Source: Harriotta raleighana (taxonomy: Eukaryota). Taken from it: a stretch of 64,000 nt of DNA. How positions within the stretch are numbered: the stretch's first letter is position 1; each line of letters starts with the position of its first letter. The position numbers were made by a program, and so were the translations under genes. Below the pieces are notes generated by a model, which saw nothing but the letters and a program-made list of their open reading frames with translations, ran no database searches and had not been told where the DNA came from. Location: the NCBI GenBank assembly GCA_050575255.1, contig JBNZDD010013658.1, positions 3,869,648-3,933,647 of the forward strand, in the 5' to 3' direction. Positions 26,400 through 39,983 of the stretch are shown one piece after another.

Positions 26400-26630
26400 C
26401 ACTTATTCAGTGACTGGGTTCAGCCTTGCGACACATTGCCGTCGCGGCAGGAGCTGTCAGGCTCGGAGCTGTCAATCAGCAACTTGTGCATCAAAGTCAG
26501 GACAGAGAGAGACAGAGTAGAGCAAAGAGAGGAGAGCAGCCAGCAGCCGCCCCAGCAAAACAAGCCGCGATTTCACTCAATACCTCAGCCCCAGATCGAT
26601 CAGCAGCAAACTCTTACTTTCCGATAATCC
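26400..26630. promoter_or_regulatory. upstream regulatory block with a PBX-PREP/MEIS decamer and TCF/LEF motif; possible further upstream exon donor
   Basis: CTGTCAATCA (minus strand TGATTGACAG) at 26469-26478; second CTGTCA at 26454-26459; CATCAAAG at 26489-26496; minus-strand AAA|GTAAGA at 26618/26617. Confidence 0.5.
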
Positions 26631-29600
26631 ACACTCACACACACACAGGGGGAAATTTACACCAAAGGCTTTTCACACTGTTAACCCAACGAGTCTAGTC
26701 CAGCCAAGAGGTCTTGGAAGACCTGTATCAATCTATGCAAACATTGTGTCTGTGTGTGTGTCTCAAATCACTATACTTTCTTTAAAATACTTTGTATTAG
26801 GTTTAGATGATGTTCCCCGTTAGTTATCCCTCCAGTGTCCTTATCTCGCTACGTGAATGAAAGATGAAATCTGGAAGGTCATTTGATTTGAGACTGCAGT
26901 GATAGAGATAGGATCGTGGAAATCCGGCTTCCTCTTCAGTGTGTCTGCACAGGTCTAGAATTACTGCTTCATTACATGTTCCGACTCCCGACGTATATGT
27001 CTTTAAGAAGAGGCATATTGTTTGTACTTGTAAAGTTGTCTTATTAACATTAATTAAAATCAGGTTAATTAAACTAACTCCCCCCCTCACCCCTCCTCCT
27101 CCAACCACCACACACACACACACGTATATTTATTCAGGGCATAGGAACTCCCTATATAGAAACAACGCTATCTATCACAGAGTAAAGAGATAGTGTATAT
27201 CTTCATCAGACAGTGTGCATTGCAAAGAAAAAAGGTTTTCAGCCGAGAGGAACTAATGTTTCCCACGCAACTCGAGTTCAATTCTGAAACCTACGCTCCC
27301 ATAGTAATCGCCCATATCATTATGGATCTGAGGGAGCTCAGGCTGCTCTGATTGTTGCTGTAGAAAATGCTCCACAATACAGAGAGAGAGAGACAGAAAG
27401 GGGGGCAAAAGACGACAAATACTTGCTTTGAACACTATATAAGTGCTGCAACATTGGTCGTGATCAGTGGAAGTCGAACAAGTTGTTGTTTTGACCCCTT
27501 GTTTAAGGTACACGATGGAAGATTTACTAACGTGTCATTTCTTAGTTAAAATAAACGGGTTGTGTTTTCTGCCTCTCTCTTTTTGACTGTGACACTGCCT
27601 CGGTCGGGGCAGGTGAAGGGAGGGTCACATTGTATCTTTAAATATCAGGCCTGTGATAAATCGTGTACATTCGCCCACCTTCCGGATCCCCACTACTCAA
27701 ACCAAGTGTCTAAAGAAAGTATAAAGACTGGGAACACTTTGATAGTGAAAGGATTATCGATAGATTATAAAGTGTCTTGATTCCAGAGTACATCTGACCA
27801 TGCATCTCTTATCTCAGTGATGTGTTGTTGTTGGTGATAAAACGTAGTGGATCTGGAGGCAACCATTCAAAGATAGACACCTAATAAATTCCTGAAGAGA
27901 GAAATGTCTATGCTGTACTGCTGTACTGTTGGTTGAAAGGAAAAGGTGTGGAGGGCATTAATCTATACCCAGACCTGAAAGCAACAAGCTGGCATAGACT
28001 AATAATAAGACTCGTGCGTTTTGTGGGAACAAAATAATTCTTCAGAGAAGCCGTATTATAGCTTTAATTTAGCTTTAATTTAGCTGAATTTGGCATGTGA
28101 GTTCAATAATGTGCTCCTGTCGCCTCGAAGCTGTGTCTGTGTGTGTATATGTGTGTGTGTGTGTTTTTTTGTACAATACCGTGAGGTCCACTCGTTCTGA
28201 CAACATCCCAACAACGTACACATTAACACATCGCTTATTTATTAAACGTGAAGAATTTGTGAACTCCCGTCACTAGGAAATGAAGTGTGGGCAGTGAGCA
28301 GAATTGATAGCTACTTTGGATAGAAGTGTCCATTACCGCCCCTGCCCTTACCCCTCCTTCCCCACTCGGTTGAGTTGAATAGTAATTTGGCTATTTTTGT
28401 CACCAGCCTCAGGCTATCTTGTTAGAAGGCATCCAAGCTTTTTTTTTTGCGCTTGTTCCTAAGTAATCCACGGAAAGAAAGAGCAGAAAATAGTAAACGA
28501 AACAACTAAACATCTGTTGCACTGACCTTCCTATTCGGAATCACAAAAGGTTTTTTTTCTGAGCCATTCTGATTTTTTTCACCCCCCCCCAAAAAAACCC
28601 TCTTGTTATCTATCACTTTAGGACCCAAAATAACTTTGGATTCCAGCTTTTAATTTGCAGCTCTTGTTCAATTCACAGATGCAAATGTTGCCAGATTGAG
28701 ATCAAACGAGACAGACTGAAACGGTTTTGATACACAGTACTATATGTGTGCGAGTTCCTCAGAGCATCGCAGCTCAGTTGATTTCGCTTGAAGGTGTGTG
28801 TGTGTGTGGNCCCAAAAAAACCCTCTTGTTATCTATCACTTTAGGACCCAAAATAACTTTGGATTCCAGCTTTTAATTTGCAGCTCTTGTTCAATTCACA
28901 GATGCAAATGTTGCCAGATTGAGATCAAACGAGACAGACTGAAACGGTTTTGATACACAGTACTATATGTGTGCGAGTTCCTCAGAGCATCGCAGCTCAG
29001 TTGATTTCGCTTGAAGGTGTGTGTGTGTGTGTGTGTGGTGGTGGGGGGGTGGTGTGGGGGGATGTCAGTACTGAATCTCTACCCCTTCCATTCTTCAGGT
29101 CGATAAGCGACTCTGTACATAATTTTTTTTTTAAAAACCGGGATATAAGATCCTCTCAGACCAATTACTGAACTGTCATGCATTTGAGCAGCCTCACACA
29201 CACACACACACACACACAAAGTCATACCATATAACTATAATCTAGGTTAGAGTGTCTAAAGTTTAATTACAAAGCACCCATGACCTCCAGGGCTGCAGAA
29301 TATTGAGCTGATCACGCTTATTTTTATTTGCTGTGAAGCTGTAATGTCGGTCTCTCTGCAGCCCAGCCTGCATGAGCAGTGTGACCTCCACAACAGCTGT
29401 AAATAATGCATGTCAAAGTCAAGATTGAGTCAACCAGCCTTTTATAGTCAGGTTTGGGTGGAAGTCTGTCACCGGTGAACAAAATCACTGTTTTGCTTCG
29501 GGGGGGAACAAAAAATCTAACCTCGAAACCCGCGAAACAAGATCCTTCGGTTCGAAAAGAAAATGTTTCAAAAAAATGTAGATTTTGTTTTCTAATCTTC

Positions 29601-30426
29601 AATCTGTGGCATCTCCAACACTGCAACCAGCTGGCGACCGAATTCAGATCACAGACATATCAGTCTCCTATCACTTCAACTCCTTGCATCTGTCACAGTT
29701 TAGTGGCATATTTAGCTGTTAAGCTGAAGTCTTCAGTTATATAAGTTATATTTATAGTTACACCGGATCGAGTTTTTGTTGTTGTTGTTGTTGTTGTCAT
29801 TGCTGTGATGTTACATAGAGAGATTTTTGTGTGTGTCCGGTACTTTCTCTCTCACCAGCCACACGTTTTATTAAGACTTAATCCAGTCAGTGAATGTGTA
29901 ATGACAAGAGACAGAGAGAGAGAGAGACACACAGAGAGAGAGTTGAATAGTATCTGATGTTCTTCAAAAGTTTAAACTTTTTTTTTGGACGAGCACTTTG
30001 CTGATTCTTAAACATTATTAGCGTCTCTCAAGTAGGCATTACACCTTGTTTCCACGCATTTTACTAAAGCAAATGTTGGCAGAGGTTTCAGAACTGCTCT
30101 GAACTCCACTTGATCAGCAACTCGCACGAAATGTTCCGACGTTTTTATAAGCAGCACAAAGAGATTGAAAAGGATTTGTTAGGAATCCCAGGAATACTTC
30201 TTGGAACCAACGTACCATTAAATCAAAGCAACGCACGTTGAAATGCAAACCGCAATTCTACCTTCAATGAAGCATTCACTCGTGTTGTTTAAGGCACATT
30301 TGCTAACCATTTTTAGTGTAATCTAAAACTTGCCTCTGCACACACCGCCTTGCCAATAGCAGCGCACACTTTTACGCTTGTACTATGTTAAAGCATAATA
30401 ACTCTTTCCCCCCTCCCCCCCCCCCC

Positions 30427-30457
<31 letters not shown>

Positions 30458-33029
30458 ACTCTTAAATCTAAGTAACTCTTCGGCTATTAAGCCAGAATGA
30501 TGATTAAAGGCACAGTATCTTACTTTGTTCTGCTTGTAAAGTTTGCACATACAAACGGTACAGTGGCGTCTAAACATGCAAGTCTGTTTTTCTTTCACAG
30601 ATTTTTTTTTTGGGGGGGGATCAAAAACTCACCAGTGTCCTTCTTCCCCACTATCTATGCCCTGCAGCACCTGCTGAGGGTTCGGCTGATCAAAAGGATG
30701 ACAGGTAAAAAAGAAATTCCTGAAGAAAAAAGCCAGACCAGCTGGCTTTGAAGAGAAACCCCCCTCTTCGGGCTGAGCTTGCTTCGATCTGTTTCCTAGC
30801 CGAGGAGTGGGTCCTTTTCCCTTATCGATTTTGACCTGTGGTTGCGTGATGCTTTGCACAAGTGGCGAGCTGCCTGTCACTCACTCCACCTGCCTCTGTC
30901 ACTCTGGGGGTAAATTTAGCTCTGGAAGGTATCACTAACAGTCAGACCTTTGTCAGCTCTGGGAAGAGAAATAGGATTACTGCCCAAGTAAGCATGAGCA
31001 GAGTTCAAATGGAAAAATCAAATCAGGATCTTATCCCAAAATCACTTTTTTTGGCCAGTTAAACTACTTACACATGCCAGAAAGTAATGTCTCTAGCCTT
31101 TAGCTGAAACATATTCTCTTTTGGGGAAGGTGACTATATTTAGAAACTACTACATAACAATCTGTAAGTAAATTAGACCTTTAACATTGTTGGCAGGCTT
31201 GAAAAAGTTGTAGTTTTTTTAAAAAAATGTTTCCCATCAGTAGTTTCACGATTTTTGGGGGATGGAAAGGGATGTCTTCAGAGTAATACTAACTGGTGGT
31301 CTGCTATGACAAACTAAATGAAACTTGTAGTGAAGTTTCCATCGCCTGCATTAAAGTGAGAGGGAAAATCTTAAAGTGAACTAGGCAGAATTTAATACAC
31401 AAGTTTGATGTAGGGCAGTGTAATATTTGGATTACCTTGCAATTTGACAAGGTTGTATGATGGTTTTGTTTCCCAAAAGAAGCAAATAAACGTAAAATAG
31501 TATAAATTCTAAATGAATATAAATGTGATGCTAAGAAACATGGAATTTAGACAAAATGCCACCTGAGCCTAATTAAAGCTACTGTTACCAATGAATCAAT
31601 GGACAGCCTGATAATTGCATGAATCTAAATAATGAAGTCAGAATGTGATCAAAGTAGAAAGCAAAAGTTTGATTTATCATATCTTTTATTTAATGTTTCT
31701 TTAAATGACCTGATGTATAATTTACTTCTTTTTCTTTTACCAAGACAGACAAAAAAAGGCTCGAAAGCAGCATTAAAAATCATTACCATAATGCTACAAT
31801 ATTACATCATTAACAATAATACATTAATTATTTATATGTGCAGCAGCCATCAGGCTACCTAGAAACTACAGTGCAACTGTAAGCAACATGCACAAAAATG
31901 AATGACTTTTACTGTGAATTCTAGTCTAGTATTTTGACTTTTCAACCTTATGTATACCAATGTGATCTTTAAACCTGATTACTCATATGTCTCTGTTTGT
32001 GAATCTGTCTACATTTGAAAGTTCTGTAGCATCAATGTGCTTCATAGTGTATAACCAAGCACTTGCTATATTATTAAACTGTGAGTCAGGATCAGTTTTG
32101 TGTTTCACAGCAATATTCACCAAGAATCAACCTCCTAGACTGGACAAACCCATCACCGTGTTACATTAAAACAAACCCAGTAATCTGTGGACATGAAATG
32201 ACAACACCTTAATTTAGCAGTAGCAATTATGAAGTATCAAACCTCACATCAATATAGCCATCACATCATTTTGGAAGACGTTAGGCCTTAACTCTGGAAG
32301 TAGGCATGGTGACCAGACAGTTCAAACAGAATGATGTCATGATTGTCCTTACCATTGGGAGGTTTTCTGTACTAATAGTGGAATTATTCTGAAGACTCTC
32401 ACAATGCTCCTTTGTACTTTAAATGTGTAAACAAAGACCATTATGAAGTTATTCAGGCTGCTTCCTCAGTGTTCAACTCTGGGTCACCAAATCTTTAGAC
32501 ACCTGGATCCTGACAGACTGGTGGTGCTCATAGACCTACAATGTTCACATGCGTGTTTATATCATACGTGTACAATGCATTACTTGGCACGTGGGAATTG
32601 TTAAACTTTGATTAAATACCTTGGCACCATTTGATCCCATACACTAATATTACTAACAAATTTACAATGAAGTAGACAATGGCAAATTGTTGAGTGTGTA
32701 TTTTATTTCTGAACATTGATTTTGAATTCATTTGGGGATTATATCATACATATAATGGACAAAAACTTTTGCAATTTAACATTAAATCCCAAATTCTATC
32801 ACAAAGTTCTGACACTGGAGTTGAAATGCAAATACTTTAAATTATCGTTGTTGCACAGACAGGCTGTGATATCAGTCTGACAAGTAAGCGAAGCACAGCT
32901 ACTGGAAACTACAATAAGTAGGCAAATCAGTAGTGTATAAAGTTCCCATTACAAAATATTTCATTTCCAATATTTCCAATTCAGTCATAAGATGTATTCT
33001 TCATCGGACATTCTTAGTGAAAAAGTCTC

Positions 33030-33092
33030 TTAACAGTAACTTCGATTTATATAACACTCTTTACATAAGTTAGTGTCTCGGAGCACTTTACA
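33030..33092 (-). mobile_element. L2/SINE tail-only fragment
   Basis: AACAGTAACTTCGATTTATATAACACTCTTTACAT...GTCTCGGAGCACTTTACA. Confidence 0.5.
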
Positions 33093-34509
33093 AACAGAGT
33101 TTATTCCCTGTAATAGTTTGTTGTGTTCTAATGCAGAGTGACAAAAGGAACAATAAATAAGCCACCATGATAATTCACGCCACATTGTGTCAACAAGGTG
33201 TTTCAGTAACACTTACAGTGATCATAAGCATTTTTAACATAACATAATAGTATTAAATTAAATCATAATTCAATTTAGGGATATTGCTTGAATGGAAAAA
33301 AAAGTTTTCTGTTGTTAATTTCTGAGTCCAGGCAATTCAACATAATTTGAAATTCACTTGTTCTTGTAGATTTGTTCCATCTTACTTTAGGCAACCTAGT
33401 TGTGGAAATCAAGCTCAGGTATAGGTAGCTATCTTGAACTGTACCTTCATGATACTTGGCCTATATTCTATGTGTATTTTCATGGAGAGGAAAAATAGTC
33501 CAGATTTTCTCAATATACATCATCCAATTTATTATTAGTTTGCTATTAGGACTCGCAGCCAAAGATTTGTACACTTGAGCCAGTTACTAGAAACCATTAT
33601 ATGTAACGTGACTAACAAGTCCTCCCATGAAATTGTTTAAATAAATGCCACCTAACACTAGAAAATAATTATGGGCACAATATCAAATGTTTAGTCACCT
33701 TTTTGGTGAATCAGGTTTTTTTTGGATAGATTTTCCTCTTTTCAGAAGTAAACAACCTTTCTGTTTTCCTTGTGTGCAAACAGCTACTCACTAAAACATC
33801 GATCTCCACAAGAGCACCACTCAGATAAAACATAACCAAATATGCATTGCCAAGTCACCATGACAACAAAGTAAGCACCTCTCTCACTTTGGTTCTCTGT
33901 AAGTCCTTTTTCAGAGCTCTGAAGCTGCATACTGAATAAGTGACAGCTTTTATTCAATAATTGCGTAGAAAAAATTGGTGTACTTTCAGTAGACTGCTAA
34001 GAGGAAGCAAGTCCTTGATTATTATCTGCGTCACAGTGAAGCTCCCATGTTTTATTATCCATAAAATAAAACTATTTGACTGGACTAATCATTTCCTTAA
34101 TGTTCATCAGATAACAAAAAAAACCTACTGGTTGATTTAATGAATGGATTAGTGAACTTTTCTGGAGTTTTATCGCACATTCAAATTGATTGTTTCAAAG
34201 TCCTTTTATCTTCTTAATATAAAAGGCTGGGGTTCACAAATGAGAAATGTCTGCCATTAACCTTCAACAGTCTATAGGAAATGGGCAACAGCCAGTATTA
34301 TATAAAGTTATAAATTACATATCTTTTTTGACTGTGCTTTCAATCATCTTTCCCCCTAACAGTCTTGTGCTCCCCTTCCCTCAGCTTGGGTCTCTAGATA
34401 CATAAAGCATTTAGGAGTTCTCCCAAGTTATACTATATTGCTTTATTTGTAGAGTAACTCCTTTATTTTGTGAATAATGTCATTGGATGTTTGACATCTG
34501 CTTGAATAG

Positions 34510-34685
34510 GCAGACATGGTCTTTATTTCAATGTCATATCTGAAGGACGGCACCTCCAGCAATGCAGTGTCCCCCAGCATTACACTGGATTGTCACTCTA
34601 GATTATGAGCTCAGATCTCAACACAGGGCTTGGACCTCCAATTACCTGACCTAAAAGAAAGAGTGCTATCAGCAGTGCCAAGTTA
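34510..34685 (-). mobile_element. DeuSINE 5' half
   Basis: TTCAATGTCATATCTGAAGGACGGCACCTCCAGCAATGCAG...AGAGTGCTATC is the reverse complement of the head and Deu core. Confidence 0.75.
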
Positions 34686-34984
34686 TCATATTAGACGTCA
34701 GATATAGTGCACACTTTTCCCTAAAGTAATGGTGACTATTGGTACTTATTACTGTGTGGAGTTTTATATAGAACGGAAAATTTCACTGGATGTCTATTAG
34801 AATTCTCTGATTTCCCGGCACTATACATCCAGAAGAGAAACGCTTCAGACCCTTCATGAAGGGTTTGCACCCATTCTGGTGTTTTTAATTGTGCATTATC
34901 CAGAGCTTTAATTATAACTTACTGTTCAAGTTATAACAAGCATTGAATAAATGTGTAATATTTATTTTATCTTTGATGTATAAG

Positions 34985-35200
34985 ATATAGAGGATTGAAA
35001 ATTTCCCATCTGAGGAAAGATTAAGGAAATTCAGTATGGTTTTCTTGGAAAGTATCCTAATACAAGTTTTAAAGATTCTGGATAAAAGCCACAAATTTAA
35101 TTCAACAAATTATTTATTGCGTCAAAGGGTTTACTTCCACAAGGACATTAAAAATTATAGATTAGAATGAATCTTACTCAAAACTTATTGCCCTATTCTT
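34985..35200 (+). mobile_element. degraded CR1 ORF2 C-terminal fragment
   Basis: Reads EERLRKFSMVFLE...LIQVLKIL, like the CR1 motif YEERL..L.LFSLE.RR.RGDLI..FKI. Confidence 0.55.
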
Positions 35201-35399
35201 TTGTATTGTTTTGTCTGTCCTTTGCACAATACACCATTTATTCAAAAACAACTTATCCTGAAGAGAGGTAATTCTTAATACTCTTTAAGCTATTGTTCTA
35301 CTATTATATTTTAAGGTTTGAAAGTTTGCTGTCGATCCATTATTAATTCATCTATCTCCTCAGAAGTACTGGCGTTGATCCAATGGTTAGTTTTCAGTG

Positions 35400-35640
35400 T
35401 GGTCTTTCAACTGATATATCTTGCCTAAGTGAAACACCTCTGAAATTCTACACTTGAACATGTTGTGAATCATTCATCTTTAATGTCTTTGACATCTTCA
35501 AAGCTTTTGATATGGTCTAGCTCAATTCTCCAAAGTTACTAATTCTGCTTAAATAATTCTACACTATTCTAGTTGATGCTTTATATGCAAGTTTTTTTCC
35601 CCTCAAAAGGCCCAAATTTGTCCATGGATCATTCTTCCAT
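35400..35640 (+). mobile_element. very old non-LTR reverse transcriptase fragment
   Basis: TTTGACATCTTCAAAGCTTTTGATATGGTC encodes FDIFKAFDMV (RT motif LDxSKAFDxV). Confidence 0.45.
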
Positions 35641-36159
35641 CAGAAAATAAGCAAAAAATACTACTTGTCCTTTACTTATCTTATTGTTTGCTTGGTTCTC
35701 TTTCCTACATTAGAGGTTTTCTGCGTAAAATGATATAGCATTTCACCATATCCTCAATTAAAAAAACATCACCAGCATAAATATTTTGAGAGAAACTGGG
35801 GCAGTCAAAGTAAAAGCTGTTTGTGAATTTTATGTATGTGTGCAACTGTAAAAGAGAGGTAGCTTTTCACGTGTTTGATATGGTGACTAGACAGCATATT
35901 AGTTCTTGCACAATAGGGATCCAATGACTTTTTTTATCAATGAGTCATGTAGCATGTGTGTGCCCTCTTGTTTTCTCATAGCAACCCCATGGGGTATACT
36001 GTCACCTTTCCCAATAATTCCAGGAGCAGCCAAGCAATGAATTGATGGAGCTCATTCCGCTGGTATAATTGCTTAGTGTGTAATTTGGGACTAAAACTAT
36101 TTTGTAGTGGTGTAAACACATATCCTGCCTTGACACCATTCTTCTGTTTTATGTAGATA

Positions 36160-36570
36160 ATAATCCTTACATTTGGTACAAACCTTTCTCTTCAAAGCAC
36201 TACACAAGATATACTGTGAACTAGAATGACTGTGTATTTGTAGGTGAATGCGGTAGCCAATTTTCACTCAGCAATGCCCCACAAATAGTGAATGATCAAA
36301 TTTTATTTGGGCGATTGTTGGCACCAGGAGAAATTGGGAGAAATTCCCTTCTCTTTTGAAATAATGCCAGGGGATTTTTAATTCCAACTGAACAAGCACA
36401 TTGTGCCTAATTTTAAAGCTCAATCCATGGAAAGGCACTCCAACAATGCAAAGTACTTGCAGCAATGAATTGGAGCCTCACCCTAGACTAGCGATTTTAA
36501 ATTCTTACAAGCATGAACCCACAACCTTCTGACTCAGAGATGAGAGTGATACCAACTGAGCCAGTCTGAC
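36160..36570 (-). mobile_element. DeuSINE, near full length
   Basis: Head at right (TGAACCCACAACCTTCTGACTCAGAG...GAGTGATACCAACTGAGCC), Deu core, tail at left. Confidence 0.8.
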
Positions 36571-37072
36571 GCACTTTATATGAAAGAAAGTAAAAGTAAC
36601 AAAGATATACAGTAGTATATTAGCTCTTTACCCTTTTCTCAGATGTATCACAACCTCCAATATAAAATACATTTATAAGTTTCTCTGCCAATAGAGCATT
36701 ATCTACTAGAATTACCTTTATTTTCTGCTAGCTACAAAAATTACAATAGTCTCCTAAATGTGTCACCATTGAAAAGGTGTCTTATTGATTTGAGATAATG
36801 TGAGTGAAGCAGTGCTAGCAATATTTCAACAGTTAGTGAGAATATTTTTTTCTACAACACTCTTGTTACCATCTCCTTACCACCACAGATATTTATTATG
36901 TTACAAATAGATCTCAAGCAATAATCAACTAATCAAATTATAAATGAATCATTATGTTATAAAATAACTCAAAATTACAAATCTGTAGTTTGTCCAGGGC
37001 TGCACTGTCTCACTTAGCTTAATTCTTTTAAAGGTAACTTTATAATCCTTACGTTTTATAACATAAGAACAT

Positions 37073-37238
37073 ACATCACTCAATCCACGACTGTTTGTGG
37101 GACACTGCATTGCACAATTGGCTGCTGTGTTTCACACACAAATATATACTCAATTCACTTAATAGTACATTCTGTTAAGCGCATTGAGATGCCTAGAAGA
37201 TGTGAAAAGCGCTACATCAAATGTGAGTATTATTATTT
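37073..37238 (+). mobile_element. SINE family A, 5'-truncated
   Basis: CAATCCACGACTGTTTGTGGGACAC...CTAGAAGATGTGAAAAGCGCTAC...(TAT)n. Confidence 0.85.
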
Positions 37239-37239
37239 T

Positions 37240-37605
37240 ATTGTGCCTCATTGCTTCAAAACATATCAAAGCACTTCAATTAGAGTGTTCTGTAAAGTGG
37301 AGTGAATGCAAACAAATTGCAAACAGCGATAGCCAATAAAGGGAATTACCATTTTTTTAAATCCAAAGAGTGTGTTGGCCTGATGGAAGAAATTGTTTTA
37401 TTTTGAACAGTGCCAAGCAGACAAGATCTCAGTTTAACATCTCGTCTGAAAGCTGGAACCTCTGACACAGTAGCATTCCCCCACCACCGCATTGAAGGGT
37501 CACCCTAGACAATAAGCTCAATGTCCTGATTTTCTGGCTTGAACCTTCAACCTTCTGACCGAGCGATAAATAAAGAGTGCTCCCATTGAACAAAGCTGAC
37601 ACCTT
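37240..37605 (-). mobile_element. DeuSINE, degraded
   Basis: CTCAGTTTAACATCTCGTCTGAAAG (Deu core, reverse) and TTGAACCTTCAACCTTCTGAC (head); tail-to-tail with the previous SINE. Confidence 0.7.
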
Positions 37606-37694
37606 GCATAAAAATAATAACTAGAAATGATAAATCTCATGATGATATCTTCCGGGAATTTTGTTGTGGATATTGTTTGTTTCTCACTCCAACC

Positions 37695-38295
37695 AATGAC
37701 TCGCTCTGCCTTTCCCCACCTCTGCAACATTTCCAGACTCCGCCATTACCTCATCCCCAAAACCCCTTCCACACCTTCATTAAATCCTGGCTCAATTATG
37801 CAAATGTTTTGCTGGTCAGCCTTCCCAATTCCTCCCTCCACATGCTGTAGATAATGCAGAACTCTATCATTCCAAACTCCCCAGAGGATCCAATTCAAGA
37901 TCCTGGTCCCCACATTTGAAGCCCTCCACAACCTCGCCCCACCCTATATCCATGACCTCCTATCCCCTTACCAACCTGCCCACCCCCTCCATTCAGCAGA
38001 CTCTGGCCTGCTCCACGTCCCCTGACCCACCCGCCCAACCATTGGTGGGCAAGTCTTCATCACTTTGCCACCAACCTCTGGTACTCCATCACAAAGTCAC
38101 TCCACCTCGCCCCCTCCCTCACCTCCTTCATGTCTTGTCGGAAGACTCATCGGCAACTCCTTTCCCTCTTCCCACCCACCCACCTGTCCTCAGCTCGGGT
38201 CTGAAGCAGTATCTGTCCAGCACCTTGGGATGTCCTCCTGACATGAAAGGTGCCATACAAATGTAATTTTGTTGTTGTTGTTTGTTGATGTTATT
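37695..38295 (+). mobile_element. L2 LINE 3' fragment
   Basis: HLCNISRLRHYLIP, CAGAGGATCCAATTCAAGATCCTGG (QRIQFKIL), L2 tail and (GTT)n. Confidence 0.88.
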
Positions 38296-38877
38296 GATTG
38301 AAGATATTTTCATTTACAATGTTCCCTTATAAAGTCCTGCATCCTTTTGGGCTTCTAAACTAGATATGCTATAGTGATATGCTCCAAAGGGTTCTTTTGA
38401 GAGCGGTTTTATTCTGGAAGAACAACAACTTGCATTTATATAGTATCCCCTCACAAATCATAGAGTCCCAGAGCAACTGCTGACTATAGGATTGGCCCAT
38501 ATGACAGAATCATGGTTAGTGCCCAACATTTGAAATGTTTGAGGAGAAAATTCTAAAATGCACCTTCAATTGCTCAGAAAGCAGATTGAACAGAGTGATA
38601 GTGCTTGTGTAGAGTACATGTGTTGTGAGAGGATTCTCATGCCCTTATAACTCTAATATTTCCTCTTCAAAGCAGCTGGAATAGTGTTTATAGAGGAAGA
38701 GTGCTGTAGTTAAGAATACTTAAAAATATACACAATCCACCTAGTCAATAAGCAAACTGTAAACTCAGATAATTATTTAAATAAATAAAATATTTTTAAA
38801 TAACATATCATTTTATAGTTTGTTTTAACTGAAAATATTTTTATGTTGTGAATTAGCAAAGGACCAAAAAGAATAGC

Positions 38878-39770
38878 TACAACAACTTGCATTTATATAG
38901 TGCCCTTCAAGCCGATGGCATCTTGGAATGCTTAACAGTGGTGGAGCTCAATGCCAAGCCAGAGGTGAGCGTAGTCACGGACGATGCGGTATGTCTTCAA
39001 GCACAACCTGCTGGTGGATTTTGAATTAGATGAATTTTGTGAATAGTGAAGCAGGGAAGATCAGAGGGCATTTAAGTAACCGAGGCGGGAGATGACAATG
39101 GAGTGGATGAGTGTTTCGGCAGCTTTTGGAGAGAGGATGGATGGGGACGGGCAATGCGGTGGAGGTAGAGGACAGCCATCCTAGCCAGGGACTAGATATG
39201 GAGTATTGAAGGATTGCTGCATGTTGAACCTGACACCTAAGTTGTGCATGGTTTCAGTGAGTCTCAGGGAGAGATTGGGTAGGGAGAGGATGTCTGAACC
39301 ATTGACGTCCTCACTCAAAACAAAAAGTGTGGCTTCCGTCTTGCCAACGGTCAGCCACTGGAAGTTTGCACTCATCCAGGCCCTGATGTCTATCAGACAA
39401 CCTGAAGGAACATCAGGTGACTGGGAGTCGCAGTTGGAGGATGAGAAATCGATTTGTGAGTCTTCCGTACGTGTGTGGAAATATACCCCATATCTGCAGA
39501 TGGCATCGCTGAAAGGGAGCATGTAGATGAGGAAAAGAATTGGGCCAAGGATGGACTCTTAGCTATCTTGCAGGTGACTGGGTGGGGGAGAGAGAAAAAC
39601 ACATTAGCTGAGGTGAAGTGCTGGCGGTAGGTTAAGTAGGATTCGACACATGCGAGTGCGGTCCACTAAAGTGGATGATGGAGGAGAGGTGTAGGGAGAA
39701 TGGCATTGTCGACTGTGTCAAATGCAGTGAAGAGGTCGAGGAAGACGAGGGGGCAGAGGTGATGTATGAA
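38878..39770 (-). mobile_element. L2 LINE fragment, internally deleted
   Basis: ORFs give LVFLDLFTAFDTVDNAIL, MLPFSDAICRYGVYFH and CLIDIRAWMSANFQWLTVGKTEA; tail at 38878-38940. Confidence 0.88.
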
Positions 39771-39983
39771 TACCGCACAGAAGCCAATCAGAGTAGGTAG
39801 ATGGAATCCATTGTTACAAATTCTGATAAATTCTGAAATTCTGACAAATGCTGTGTCATATTTAAGTACTTGCATTGTAAAAGGAGTTCTAAATTACTGT
39901 AAGTACTAGCACAGGTGCTGGTACAAGGAACAAGAAAGGGTTTCAAAATGAACTAGACAAGATCTTGGCAATTAAAATAATTC

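Larger units (their letters stand above)
20300..31000. promoter_or_regulatory. broad CpG-enriched, transposon-depleted promoter domain
   Basis: CpG visibly more frequent than in the flanks; many (CA)n, (GA)n and poly-C tracts; no family A SINE, DeuSINE or L2 copy seen between 19450 and about 33030. Confidence 0.7.

Noticed and set aside
25940-26413. Poly-Pro/poly-Gly ORFs and a very long G/C tract (G-quadruplex candidate)
   Set aside because: Abuts a scaffold gap; homopolymer length is probably a sequencing or assembly artefact.
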